A DNA stretch of 64,000 nt from positions 81,938 to 145,937 of the forward strand of contig CAIWTN010000088.1 of assembly GCA_903915625.1 (NCBI GenBank), written 5' to 3'. Numbering within the stretch: position 1 is the first letter of the stretch; every line of letters starts with the position of its first letter. The stretch comes from an uncultured Pseudomonadota bacterium. GTDB lineage: Bacteria > Bdellovibrionota_B > Oligoflexia > Oligoflexales > CAIYRB01. The position numbers and the translations under genes were made by a program. Below are positions 56,445-64,000 of this stretch, piece by piece. The notes under the pieces are model-generated. The model had not been told where the DNA came from and did not search any database. It saw nothing but the letters and a program-made list of their open reading frames with translations.

Positions 56445-57596
56445 CTAGATAGTACCTAGGACTCCAACCTTGACTAGCGCATTAGAGCGCATCTCGCCCT
56501 CGGTAGCCGAGGGGTCCTTTAAGAATTTACCCGAAGTTGAGGTATAAGCAATGAAGGGATTCCAATTTTTACCGATGACATTAACATCTACCCCTAAGCC
56601 CCAGACCGTCCCGTTGTCATCCCAAGTGTAGCCCACACCGCCCGGAATTGATCCGACTTCTTTAGATAGGTTAAAACTGCGATCGCTCAGTGCAGCAACA
56701 GGGTCACTAGCTTGCTTGCGGTCGTAATACGAATAGAAGACCCACGGTGTCACCAAGTTTCTCAACTCATAGGACAGGTTCACAGTGTATGAAGTCTTAA
56801 CGTCAGTTTCTTTTTGGTCCACCCGAGAAGCTTCAGACCCGAGTGGGATCCGATAGCTTACCCTATCATTATGGTAGTCCAAAGTGGCATTGAATCCATT
56901 CAGGCCGGTCCTTAGACCAACATCGACATACCGAGATCTATTGTTGTCATAGGAACCGAATATCAGCAAAGGCTTCACCAAGCCAAAATCACCTAACCAA
57001 GCAAGTATCCAGGCTGGGTGCTGATCTTTATTCCAGCGGTTAGCCACAGCTGTGTCTAGAACATCATTGGGATCTTGGACTACATCGTTGACCAACTGCA
57101 GAGTCACGATGCCTTGAAATTTCAGGTGTAGACCCCAAGCGGCAGCATAGTCGCTAAAAGCTAAATTTCTGGCGTACAAGCCATCCGCATGAGTCCGGTA
57201 TCCCTGATTCAGGTGGTGCCACCCACCTTGCAGAATGCGCTCTTTTCCAACCGAAAAACCGAAGCTCTTGGTGAACCAATGAGTGCCGTAGCCAAATTCC
57301 AATGGGCTACTACCAGCACTCAGTAAATTGAAGCGAAAACCATATTCAGTGTCTGGACTGATGTAACCACTCAACAAAAGGTAAGCATTCGTTACCTGGA
57401 ACGCCGCCACCTGGCCAGGCGAGTAGCCACTATGCTTATAAAGTCCTTGGTTATCATTAACGAACTCGGCTTTGAATTCACCGCCAAGACGCGCTGAATT
57501 AGCTCCGGTAAGTACAGCCACATCTTCGGCTTTGGCGACGTCAGCGAGTGCTAGGCCCATAAATGCAACAGCTATACGCGAACGAAATCTTTTCAA
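56445..57596 (-). CDS. putative outer-membrane porin-like beta-barrel
   Basis: 383 aa with signal peptide IAVAFMGLALADVAKA|E. Aromatic-rich alternating strands run throughout (YGFRFNL, WGLHLKF, YTVNLSYEL). Confidence 0.5.
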   Translation of the reverse strand: MKRFRSRIAVAFMGLALADVAKAEDVAVLTGANSARLGGEFKAEFVNDNQGLYKHSGYSPGQVAAFQVTNAYLLLSGYISPDTEYGFRFNLLSAGSSPLEFGYGTHWFTKSFGFSVGKERILQGGWHHLNQGYRTHADGLYARNLAFSDYAAAWGLHLKFQGIVTLQLVNDVVQDPNDVLDTAVANRWNKDQHPAWILAWLGDFGLVKPLLIFGSYDNNRSRYVDVGLRTGLNGFNATLDYHNDRVSYRIPLGSEASRVDQKETDVKTSYTVNLSYELRNLVTPWVFYSYYDRKQASDPVAALSDRSFNLSKEVGSIPGGVGYTWDDNGTVWGLGVDVNVIGKNWNPFIAYTSTSGKFLKDPSATEGEMRSNALVKVGVLGTI

Positions 57597-57614
57597 GATA
57601 AAGTCCCCATTATA

Positions 57615-59363
57615 TCAGTTCATGCGTTCGATACGAAGAAGCCCATTCTTGTCGATCACCAGGCGGAAATAATCCAAGGCTTGCTGAGATTTCCGGCCGT
57701 CCTGATCGAGCTTGGAATAACTCAAGATCATATCGAGGTAGTAGACTTTGGGAAATCGAACCGCCTCAACTTCGCCATCAACCGTGACTAAATCGATAGT
57801 TCGCTTAGGCTCCCCCAACTTCGGCAAGCATGCATCGATATTAAGTCTCAAAATATCGTGCACTGCGCGCAGAGGGTAACGATTTAAAATCCTCAATTTC
57901 CCGCTGAGCTTTATAGATTTTGAATACTGCAGTACTCGAGTTATGCCGCCAGTACCGTAAACGTGTGCCTCAGGTGTATTTTCCCTAAGCTCTGTAATCC
58001 TGAACGGCAAATCTTCTGGCTGAATGAACTTGGCTGTCTCTTTGATTTCACCCACTGCGGTTGGCTTGCCCGAACGATTCTTATAGTAAATGCGCTCGCT
58101 ATGATCGGGCATGCGGCGAAACACGCCACCGCCAAAATATCCTCGACCGATTTCCTTGATTCTATCCTTAATAATGTAGGCTAAAATACCTGCAGACAGA
58201 AACACTAAGCCAGATATTCCCAACCCATCCGCCAGAGCCTCTGGCTGACTCACCCTAACTATCAGTAGGAACTGCGCAATAAGTGCCCATGTCGCGGCAA
58301 GTCCAGCTGCTATCATCGCACCAATTTGACGCTGAACAGCAAAGAGTGGCACAGTCCTAATCTCTAAAAACAGCACCTCCCAAATTCGACGCTTTAACTC
58401 ACCTTTACGATGGATGAATTTTTCTTTGTCAGAATTTGAGCTTGTTGGAGTCAACATCATGAAACCCGCAACCTGCGCGTGAGCATCATGAATAGCCAAA
58501 ACATGCAAGATCTTAGCTTTCAAGTCGTCGATTGCGGGATCATGGTACTGATTGCTCAACCGCTGATGAAACTGCAGTAAATAGGCTGCGCCATCGCGAA
58601 GCCTATAGTAGCAGTACTCATCAGCTATGCGCATTTCTTCAGCCAAAGCATCTAGATGATGCTCTGAACGGCTTATTACGAGGTCTCTGATTTCTCTAAA
58701 TTCTAACAGAGCCTTGTCAGCACGCTCCACCATGCGACAAATCCTGCCGCATAATTTTGCTATCGTGTCCGAAGTTGGGACACCTTGAGTTGCAAGTAGC
58801 CGATGGATACGTTTGCGATTTCGATCGATACCTCTGAAGTACGTACCGATATAAGCACAAGCAAATAAGCGGACTTCATCTATTGCATTTTGAATTGGCT
58901 CAACGGTGCGACCTGCATCAAGACCTTCGAGGTAATTACGCAAAAAAAGTAACGGCGAAATACCCCCAAACCTTGAGCCAACCATTGTCTTAAAACCCAT
59001 TTTTGGCTCACGAAACCGCAACATGGGTCGCACATCTGCGTAAAAACGCTCTTTTGGATAGGTATGCTCATTAACTCCAAATTGCCTGGGGTAGAAAAGG
59101 TAAGTCTCTACTTCGTACCCTATAGTCGCTGAATTTTCAGAAGTCTTAAGCCCGGGTAATTTGCCTGCTGCTGTTCTATCTACACGAACCGTACGACCCG
59201 TTACGTCACTTGAGTTCGTTACTGGCGCTTTGCTTACAGCGGGAAGAAAATAATCAAAAACAGTTTCTAACTGAGTACGATCATGTAGAGCGACAGATGA
59301 TTTAATGAACCTCTTAGGTGATTTGCTAGTGCTACGAGGTTCAGTTTTTAAATTTTCGCCCAT
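57615..59363 (-). CDS. 582-aa membrane protein of unknown function
   Basis: The long ORF starts 2 nt after the ruvB stop. The N-domain is about 330 aa and soluble-looking. It is followed by hydrophobic segments (FAVQRQIGAMIAAGLAATWALIAQFLLIV and GISGLVFLSAGILAYII) and then a C-domain of about 170 aa. I recognise no motif. Confidence 0.7.
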   Translation of the reverse strand: MGENLKTEPRSTSKSPKRFIKSSVALHDRTQLETVFDYFLPAVSKAPVTNSSDVTGRTVRVDRTAAGKLPGLKTSENSATIGYEVETYLFYPRQFGVNEHTYPKERFYADVRPMLRFREPKMGFKTMVGSRFGGISPLLFLRNYLEGLDAGRTVEPIQNAIDEVRLFACAYIGTYFRGIDRNRKRIHRLLATQGVPTSDTIAKLCGRICRMVERADKALLEFREIRDLVISRSEHHLDALAEEMRIADEYCYYRLRDGAAYLLQFHQRLSNQYHDPAIDDLKAKILHVLAIHDAHAQVAGFMMLTPTSSNSDKEKFIHRKGELKRRIWEVLFLEIRTVPLFAVQRQIGAMIAAGLAATWALIAQFLLIVRVSQPEALADGLGISGLVFLSAGILAYIIKDRIKEIGRGYFGGGVFRRMPDHSERIYYKNRSGKPTAVGEIKETAKFIQPEDLPFRITELRENTPEAHVYGTGGITRVLQYSKSIKLSGKLRILNRYPLRAVHDILRLNIDACLPKLGEPKRTIDLVTVDGEVEAVRFPKVYYLDMILSYSKLDQDGRKSQQALDYFRLVIDKNGLLRIERMN

Positions 59364-59365
59364 AT

Positions 59366-60442
59366 TTACCTAGTGCCAGGGAGCAGGCCAGCTGCTGCTT
59401 CAATATGAGCACGCCCTTTAGCAGTCAGCATCCGACCACGGGAGCCTCGCGCTAAAAATCCTCGATACACGAGATATGGCTCATAAACCTCTTCGAGTGT
59501 GGCACGATCTTCATTTAAGGTCGCCGCAAGTGCCTCGATGCCGACGGGGCCACCAGAATATTGTTCCGCAACAATTGAAAGAATTTGCCGATCTATTCTC
59601 TCGAGACCACACGAATCGATACCCTGCCTCCCCAGAACCGCATCGGCAAGCACCCGATCTATCGATGTCTTGCCGAAGCCAACCGTAAAATCCCAAACCC
59701 TTTTCAATAATCGATTCGCGATCCGCGGTGTCCCACGCGCTCTTTCAGCAATCTCTCGCGCACCTTCCTCGGTAACCTGAATACCGAGAATTCGAGCACT
59801 CCGCTGTAAGATGTTACAAAGCGCATCTGAGTCATAAAATTCGAGCCGTTCCTGAATCCCAAATCGATCTAGCAAAGGCTTCGAGAGCAAGGCGAGTCTT
59901 GTAGTTGCCCCGACAAGAGTGAATTGCGGCAGAGGCATACGCATTGCACGCGCCGCCGGTCCTTGACCCACGATTATATCGAGCTGAAAATCTTCCATCG
60001 CTGAGTAGAGGACTTCTTCCACCTTTATCGACAGCCGATGAATCTCATCTACAAACAACACACTGCCCGGCTGCAGGCCAGTTAAAATACCAGCTAGGTC
60101 ACCAGGCCTTTCGATCGCCGGTCCACGGGTCTCATAGAATGGAGCATTAAGCTCGTTGGCAAGGATCCTCGCCAGCGTTGTTTTACCTAAACCAGGAGGC
60201 CCGTGTAAAATCACGTGATCAAGTACTGCCTCTCGTTGAAGGGCGGATTTGACATAAATTTTCAAATTTTCTTTTACGTGTACTTGACCAAGGTAATCGT
60301 CAAAGTTTAGCGGTCGAAGTTCAGGCTTCGCTGCTTCAAGCAGCTCATCCTCTAGCCCAACTTCACTGCCGACAATTCTTTCAATCTTCATTCCGGCCTG
60401 AGTCACAGTCGACGTAGATGACGGTAAAAAAGCTTCGCTCAT
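59366..60442 (-). CDS. ruvB: Holliday junction branch-migration helicase RuvB
   Basis: LRPLNFDDYLGQ, Walker A GPPGLGKTTLA, DEIHRL and GTPRIANRLL are present. Confidence 0.96.
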   Translation of the reverse strand: MSEAFLPSSTSTVTQAGMKIERIVGSEVGLEDELLEAAKPELRPLNFDDYLGQVHVKENLKIYVKSALQREAVLDHVILHGPPGLGKTTLARILANELNAPFYETRGPAIERPGDLAGILTGLQPGSVLFVDEIHRLSIKVEEVLYSAMEDFQLDIIVGQGPAARAMRMPLPQFTLVGATTRLALLSKPLLDRFGIQERLEFYDSDALCNILQRSARILGIQVTEEGAREIAERARGTPRIANRLLKRVWDFTVGFGKTSIDRVLADAVLGRQGIDSCGLERIDRQILSIVAEQYSGGPVGIEALAATLNEDRATLEEVYEPYLVYRGFLARGSRGRMLTAKGRAHIEAAAGLLPGTR

Positions 60443-61132
60443 CTAGAATAATTCCTCCGCCCTACCGGTTGCGACACTGCCAGCATTTCCAGCCAATTCA
60501 GCAAGCGCTAGGCGAATTAACGCCGCCAAATCCTTGGCCGGTGGTTCTCTTTCAAACCGCCGCAGCAGCGGCTGCAACTCTTTCTCCTTGTACCCAAAAT
60601 TCTCTAGAGCGGATCGCAGATCAGCTAACATACTGGGTGTCAATGTTCTGCGATTATCATCGAATAGAGAAACAGAACCGGCGGTTTTACCGGAGGCTTT
60701 GGCTCTGGACAACATCCCCAGTGCTGTAAGCTTGCCCAATTTCGGCTTAAGCTCGAGCAGGATTTTCTTCGACTGACGGGGCCCAATACCAGGAACCTCC
60801 TCGAGAATTGCCGAATCATCTAACTCAATCGCCTGGATGAGTTGTGCCAAAGGAACGGCTCCTAAAATCCCCAGCGCAACTTTAGGTCCCACTCCACTAA
60901 TAGCTAGAAGTTGAGCGAAAAGCATCCTCTCGGCATGTTCCAAGAAACCAAACAAACGGATGCAATCCTCACGGACATGGGTGTGCACCCATATCGTAAC
61001 AACAGGCTCACCATCCTCGATACGAGCAATGGCTGACTCATGCATTTCTACACCGTAGCCAACCCCACCAACTTCAACAATAACGGAGCCAAGTTGCTTG
61101 AGAACACAGCGTCCCTTCAGCTGCTCGATCAT
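60443..61132 (-). CDS. ruvA: Holliday junction DNA-binding protein RuvA
   Basis: MIEQLKGR...VVEVGGVGYGV, the HhH pairs LLAISGVGPKVALGIL and EVPGIGPRQSKKILLELK, and a C-terminal domain III are present. The stop abuts the ruvB start. Confidence 0.93.
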   Translation of the reverse strand: MIEQLKGRCVLKQLGSVIVEVGGVGYGVEMHESAIARIEDGEPVVTIWVHTHVREDCIRLFGFLEHAERMLFAQLLAISGVGPKVALGILGAVPLAQLIQAIELDDSAILEEVPGIGPRQSKKILLELKPKLGKLTALGMLSRAKASGKTAGSVSLFDDNRRTLTPSMLADLRSALENFGYKEKELQPLLRRFEREPPAKDLAALIRLALAELAGNAGSVATGRAEELF

Positions 61133-61659
61133 AGACGCCCCATAAGCTTTTCCTGCAGACCCAACACAAGGGCAAGAGCTGCTGGCGAGTTTATCGATTG
61201 CCCCTGAAGCAGGCTTATTACTTCTTGCAGAGTTTGCACATCCGCTTCAGTACACTGCCTCAATTGACCAATCATAGAATTGTAACTACGTACCAAGTGC
61301 TGCAAGTCATCAGAATCTCGAATCCGCACTGGCGTAAATTGCTGAGTCAATTCCAGCTGCCGCATCTGCCGCGTCATACTGAACATGGGACCAGCAATCT
61401 TATGCGTAACGTGGACACCAAGCAATGTAACTAACAGCGTATTCATCACCGCTGACGCCAAGATCGCGATTAAAAATGGTGGCGGCAAAAACATCGGGAA
61501 ACGAATAATTCTAAATTGTGCGAGGGGAAAGACGATTAACAGTGTTGTCGTGATTGTGGAGCAAATGCCAACCAACACAGCCAATCGCACGTAGCGTAAT
61601 TGGAAGTCTCTGTTAACTAAAAAAATGCGCTTTTTTAGCTTCGGCTTTTCTGTATTCAT
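61129..61659 (-). CDS. 2-TM membrane protein consisting only of a HAMP-like module
   Basis: 176 aa with two TM helices. The segment THKIAGPMFSMTRQMRQLELTQQFTPVRIRDSDDLQHLVRSYNSMIGQL fits the HAMP pattern (P in helix 1, connector, DE/DL...N helix 2). No output domain follows. The stop overlaps the ruvA ATG (ATGA at 61129-61132). Confidence 0.6.
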   Translation of the reverse strand: MNTEKPKLKKRIFLVNRDFQLRYVRLAVLVGICSTITTTLLIVFPLAQFRIIRFPMFLPPPFLIAILASAVMNTLLVTLLGVHVTHKIAGPMFSMTRQMRQLELTQQFTPVRIRDSDDLQHLVRSYNSMIGQLRQCTEADVQTLQEVISLLQGQSINSPAALALVLGLQEKLMGRL

Positions 61660-61706
61660 AGCAGTGAGTATAGAGCCTATCTGCAGTGGGTGCCAGCTCG
61701 CGAAGC

Positions 61707-61752
61707 AAAATATACAAAAGCCACCGTAGGCGCTATTTCGACCACGGTGGCT
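61707..61752 (-). terminator. rho-independent terminator after metK
   Basis: On the minus strand, AGCCACCGT pairs with ACGGTGGCT (9 bp, 16-nt loop; plus-strand coordinates 61719-61752). TTTGTATATTTTG follows. It lies 17 nt downstream of the metK stop. Confidence 0.7.
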
Positions 61753-61768
61753 CTTAATTTTGCGCGGA

Positions 61769-62920
61769 TTATGCCTTCAAAGCAGCCACTTTATCGAGGC
61801 GTTCCCATGGAAACTCATCCCGACCAAAATGGCCATATGATGCCGTTTGACGGTATATAGGCCGCAGCAAATCAAACTGCTCGACGATCTCATGTGGTTT
61901 TAAACGGAATGTAGACCGCACCTTGTTCTCAAGGTCTTTGAGAGAGTGCTTAGAAGTTCCGTAGGTCTCAACAAAGACGCTAACAGGCTCAGCTACACCG
62001 ATCGCATATGCAAGCTGAACCAGTGCCTTCTTCGCCAAGCCGGCTGCAACTAGGTTCTTTGCAATATACCGACCCATATAAGCCGCAGAACGATCTACTT
62101 TCGACGGATCTTTACCCGAAAAAGCGCCGCCACCATGCGCACCGTGGCCACCGTAGGTATCCACGATAATCTTACGCCCAGTCAGACCGCAGTCACCTTG
62201 GGGGCCGCCAATAACAAATCGACCGGTTGGATTGATCAGGTAACGGGTACCCTTCAGCAACTCAGCAGGAATAGTGCGTTTGATCACTTCTTCGATCACA
62301 TAAGACTCAAGCTCTTTCGGAGCCACGTCTGGAGAATGCTGCGTAGAAATCACTACTGTGTCTACTCGATGCAGCTTACCGCCCTGATACTCGACAGTAA
62401 CTTGGCTCTTTGCATCGGGGCGGAGGAAATCGACGTGCTTCTGACGACGCAGATTCGACAAGCGACGTAGCAATTTATGAGCATAGCTAATGGTTGCTGG
62501 CATGAGCTCAGCTGTTTCATCGCAAGCATATCCGAACATCATGCCCTGATCCCCGGCACCCTGCTCTTTGTCGCCCGTAGCGGTAACGCCTTGCGAGATA
62601 TCAGGGGACTGCTGCTCAATAGCAGTCAAAACACCACAGCTGTTCGCATCAAAGCCTAGCTTGCCGTCATTATACCCAATCGAATCGATTACTTCTCGAG
62701 CTACTTTGGCATAGTCAACAACCGCTTTAGTTGTAACTTCGCCAGCAATGACTACAAGACCGGTTTTACAAAGGGTCTCAACAGCTACTCGAGAATACTT
62801 GTCCTGAGTCAGGAGCGCATCAAGGATAGCATCGCTGATTTGATCGCTAACCTTGTCGGGATGACCTTCACTCACAGATTCAGACGTAAATAGGTAGTCA
62901 GAATTCGCCTGGCTCATCAC
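61769..62920 (-). CDS. metK: S-adenosylmethionine synthase
   Basis: [25 protein letters not shown] and [19 protein letters not shown] are present. Confidence 0.97.
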   Translation of the reverse strand: MMSQANSDYLFTSESVSEGHPDKVSDQISDAILDALLTQDKYSRVAVETLCKTGLVVIAGEVTTKAVVDYAKVAREVIDSIGYNDGKLGFDANSCGVLTAIEQQSPDISQGVTATGDKEQGAGDQGMMFGYACDETAELMPATISYAHKLLRRLSNLRRQKHVDFLRPDAKSQVTVEYQGGKLHRVDTVVISTQHSPDVAPKELESYVIEEVIKRTIPAELLKGTRYLINPTGRFVIGGPQGDCGLTGRKIIVDTYGGHGAHGGGAFSGKDPSKVDRSAAYMGRYIAKNLVAAGLAKKALVQLAYAIGVAEPVSVFVETYGTSKHSLKDLENKVRSTFRLKPHEIVEQFDLLRPIYRQTASYGHFGRDEFPWERLDKVAALKA

Positions 62921-63885
62921 AGCCCCCTCTTCAATGCAATTACAACACGTCCAGATTCGTTGCGCCGAACAGTTCCAACACCGAAAGCCGCACCCTTATC
63001 ACTAATTAATAATACAGACTTACTTAAAGCGCTAGGTAAGGCCTGGTCGCTTTCGTCTGATAAGCCCGCAAGATAAGTTTCGACTGCGACATTGATATTC
63101 TGGCCACCGCGTAATTTTGCCGTTGCCAGGGGGTCAGGGCAAGACCAATGCGCTAGACCAGTTTTAATTTGCGCCATCGGTACAATTAGAGATGCAAAGC
63201 CATCGAGCTGACTTTCTATTCCTTCGAGTCCGTGCGATTGAGCCAAATCTATGCCAGCGGCACTTGTTCGAACTAGTCGCGTCAATGTGCCACACGTACC
63301 CAGGGTTTCAGAGACATCTCGCACCAAGGATCGAACGTATGTTCCCTTAGAACAAGTTATCCTAAAACTGCTTGATCCAGGCCTGAAATTAAGCAGCTCA
63401 AACTCACTTACGGAGACCCTTCGTTTCAACTCGGCCAAGGGCACAGCTGCTGCTGCCTCTTGGTCACCACCTCTAGCGTAGTCGTAAAGCGGCTTGCCTT
63501 TATACTTGACTGCGGAATAGATCGGAGGCACTTGCTCAATATCGCCAATGAAACGCTCGAGAGCTACGCGCAGATCACCTTCGGTCACATGGTCCCACGG
63601 TGCCTCTCGCACCACCTTCCCATCCTGATCCAAAGTATCCGTCTCGCTACCAAAAGTAATATCGAACTCGTATGTCTTGGGAAGCTCGAGCAAAAAGTCT
63701 TGCAAACGTGTCGCCCGGCCAAGCAGCAGAGGGAGCACCCCTGAGGCTGCCGGATCTAGTGTTCCCACATGCCCAAGCTTTACTTTACCAATCCGCTTAA
63801 CCAGCCAACGCGACACATCCTTCGAGATCACACCAGCGGGCTTATTGACCGCGAGCAGCCCATCAATATGTTGATAGCTCACCAA
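62917..63885 (-). CDS. truB: tRNA pseudouridine(55) synthase
   Basis: [13 protein letters not shown], the catalytic Asp motif [23 protein letters not shown] and [10 protein letters not shown] are present. The stop overlaps the metK start by 4 nt. Confidence 0.92.
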   Translation of the reverse strand: MVSYQHIDGLLAVNKPAGVISKDVSRWLVKRIGKVKLGHVGTLDPAASGVLPLLLGRATRLQDFLLELPKTYEFDITFGSETDTLDQDGKVVREAPWDHVTEGDLRVALERFIGDIEQVPPIYSAVKYKGKPLYDYARGGDQEAAAAVPLAELKRRVSVSEFELLNFRPGSSSFRITCSKGTYVRSLVRDVSETLGTCGTLTRLVRTSAAGIDLAQSHGLEGIESQLDGFASLIVPMAQIKTGLAHWSCPDPLATAKLRGGQNINVAVETYLAGLSDESDQALPSALSKSVLLISDKGAAFGVGTVRRNESGRVVIALKRGL

Positions 63886-63909
63886 ACTAACTCCTGCTCT
63901 GCGTTTATA

Positions 63910-64000
63910 CTAAATTTGAGCCAATAAACCTTCGATGCGGGAGCCGCGTTCGATGCTCTCATCATAGAAAAAGCGCAGATTAGGCACACGTCGGATGTCG
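63910..64000 (-). CDS. rbfA: ribosome-binding factor A, 3' end only (truncated by window edge)
   Basis: Minus-strand translation gives DIRRVPNLRFFYDESIERGSRIEGLLAQI*, matching the RbfA C-terminus pattern (VP.L.F.YD.S...G.R...L). The position upstream of truB is the canonical one. Confidence 0.7.
   Translation of the reverse strand, partial: DIRRVPNLRFFYDESIERGSRIEGLLAQI

Noticed and set aside
62917-63000. SAM riboswitch upstream of metK
   Set aside because: The metK start overlaps the truB stop by 4 nt, so there is no leader in which a riboswitch could reside.
1-64000. CRISPR arrays, IS elements or transposases, integrases, prophage genes, toxin-antitoxin pairs and known defence-system genes
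   Set aside because: I found no regularly spaced direct repeats. No ORF carries a DDE/HUH transposase, tyrosine/serine recombinase, capsid/terminase, RT, Cas, or recognisable nuclease-NTPase defence signature in the supplied translations. The window reads as core chromosome, apart from the AT-rich left edge.

Overview
This is a 64-kb chromosomal segment of intermediate GC content (not computed). I count about 58 protein-coding genes, most of them on the minus strand, plus 2 tRNAs. I recognised no rRNA, CRISPR array, transposase, integrase or phage gene. Most of the content is housekeeping: carAB, a thiolase, rppH, rsmA-tsaD, a DEAD-box helicase, aspS, dprA-smg-topA, an acyl-CoA dehydrogenase, rsgA, plsB, panC, rodZ, an S41 Ctp protease, lipB, tsaC, folE, dtd, ruvAB, metK, truB and the 3' end of rbfA. 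Between these lie many exported or envelope proteins (TPR and coiled-coil giants, LysM, beta-barrels, an O-antigen-ligase-like protein) and second-messenger parts (a cNMP-binding protein, a PilZ protein, a receiver, a DHH phosphoesterase). The combination of plsB, smg, rodZ and ytfJ with a TPR-rich envelope repertoire suggests a Gram-negative, proteobacteria-like lineage, possibly of Bdellovibrionota/Oligoflexia type; this is inference only. Items most worth a second look: (1) a translationally coupled operon at 10.8-19.5 kb that encodes only exported proteins (a lytic transglycosylase, three giant TPR/coiled-coil proteins and a TPR lipoprotein) and is followed by an orphan receiver; it is a candidate undescribed periplasmic scaffold or machine. 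(2) A CpoB/YbgF-like gene split by a frameshift exactly at an A11 homopolymer. (3) A 450-nt non-coding gap between rodZ and panC with several strong hairpins and a terminator-like end, a candidate unclassified structured RNA. (4) ruvAB embedded in a tightly coupled operon with a HAMP-only membrane protein, a 582-aa membrane protein of unknown function and a beta-barrel. (5) A histidine-phosphatase homologue whose catalytic RHG motif reads MSG. All function calls come from reading motifs in the supplied translations; no database search was run.
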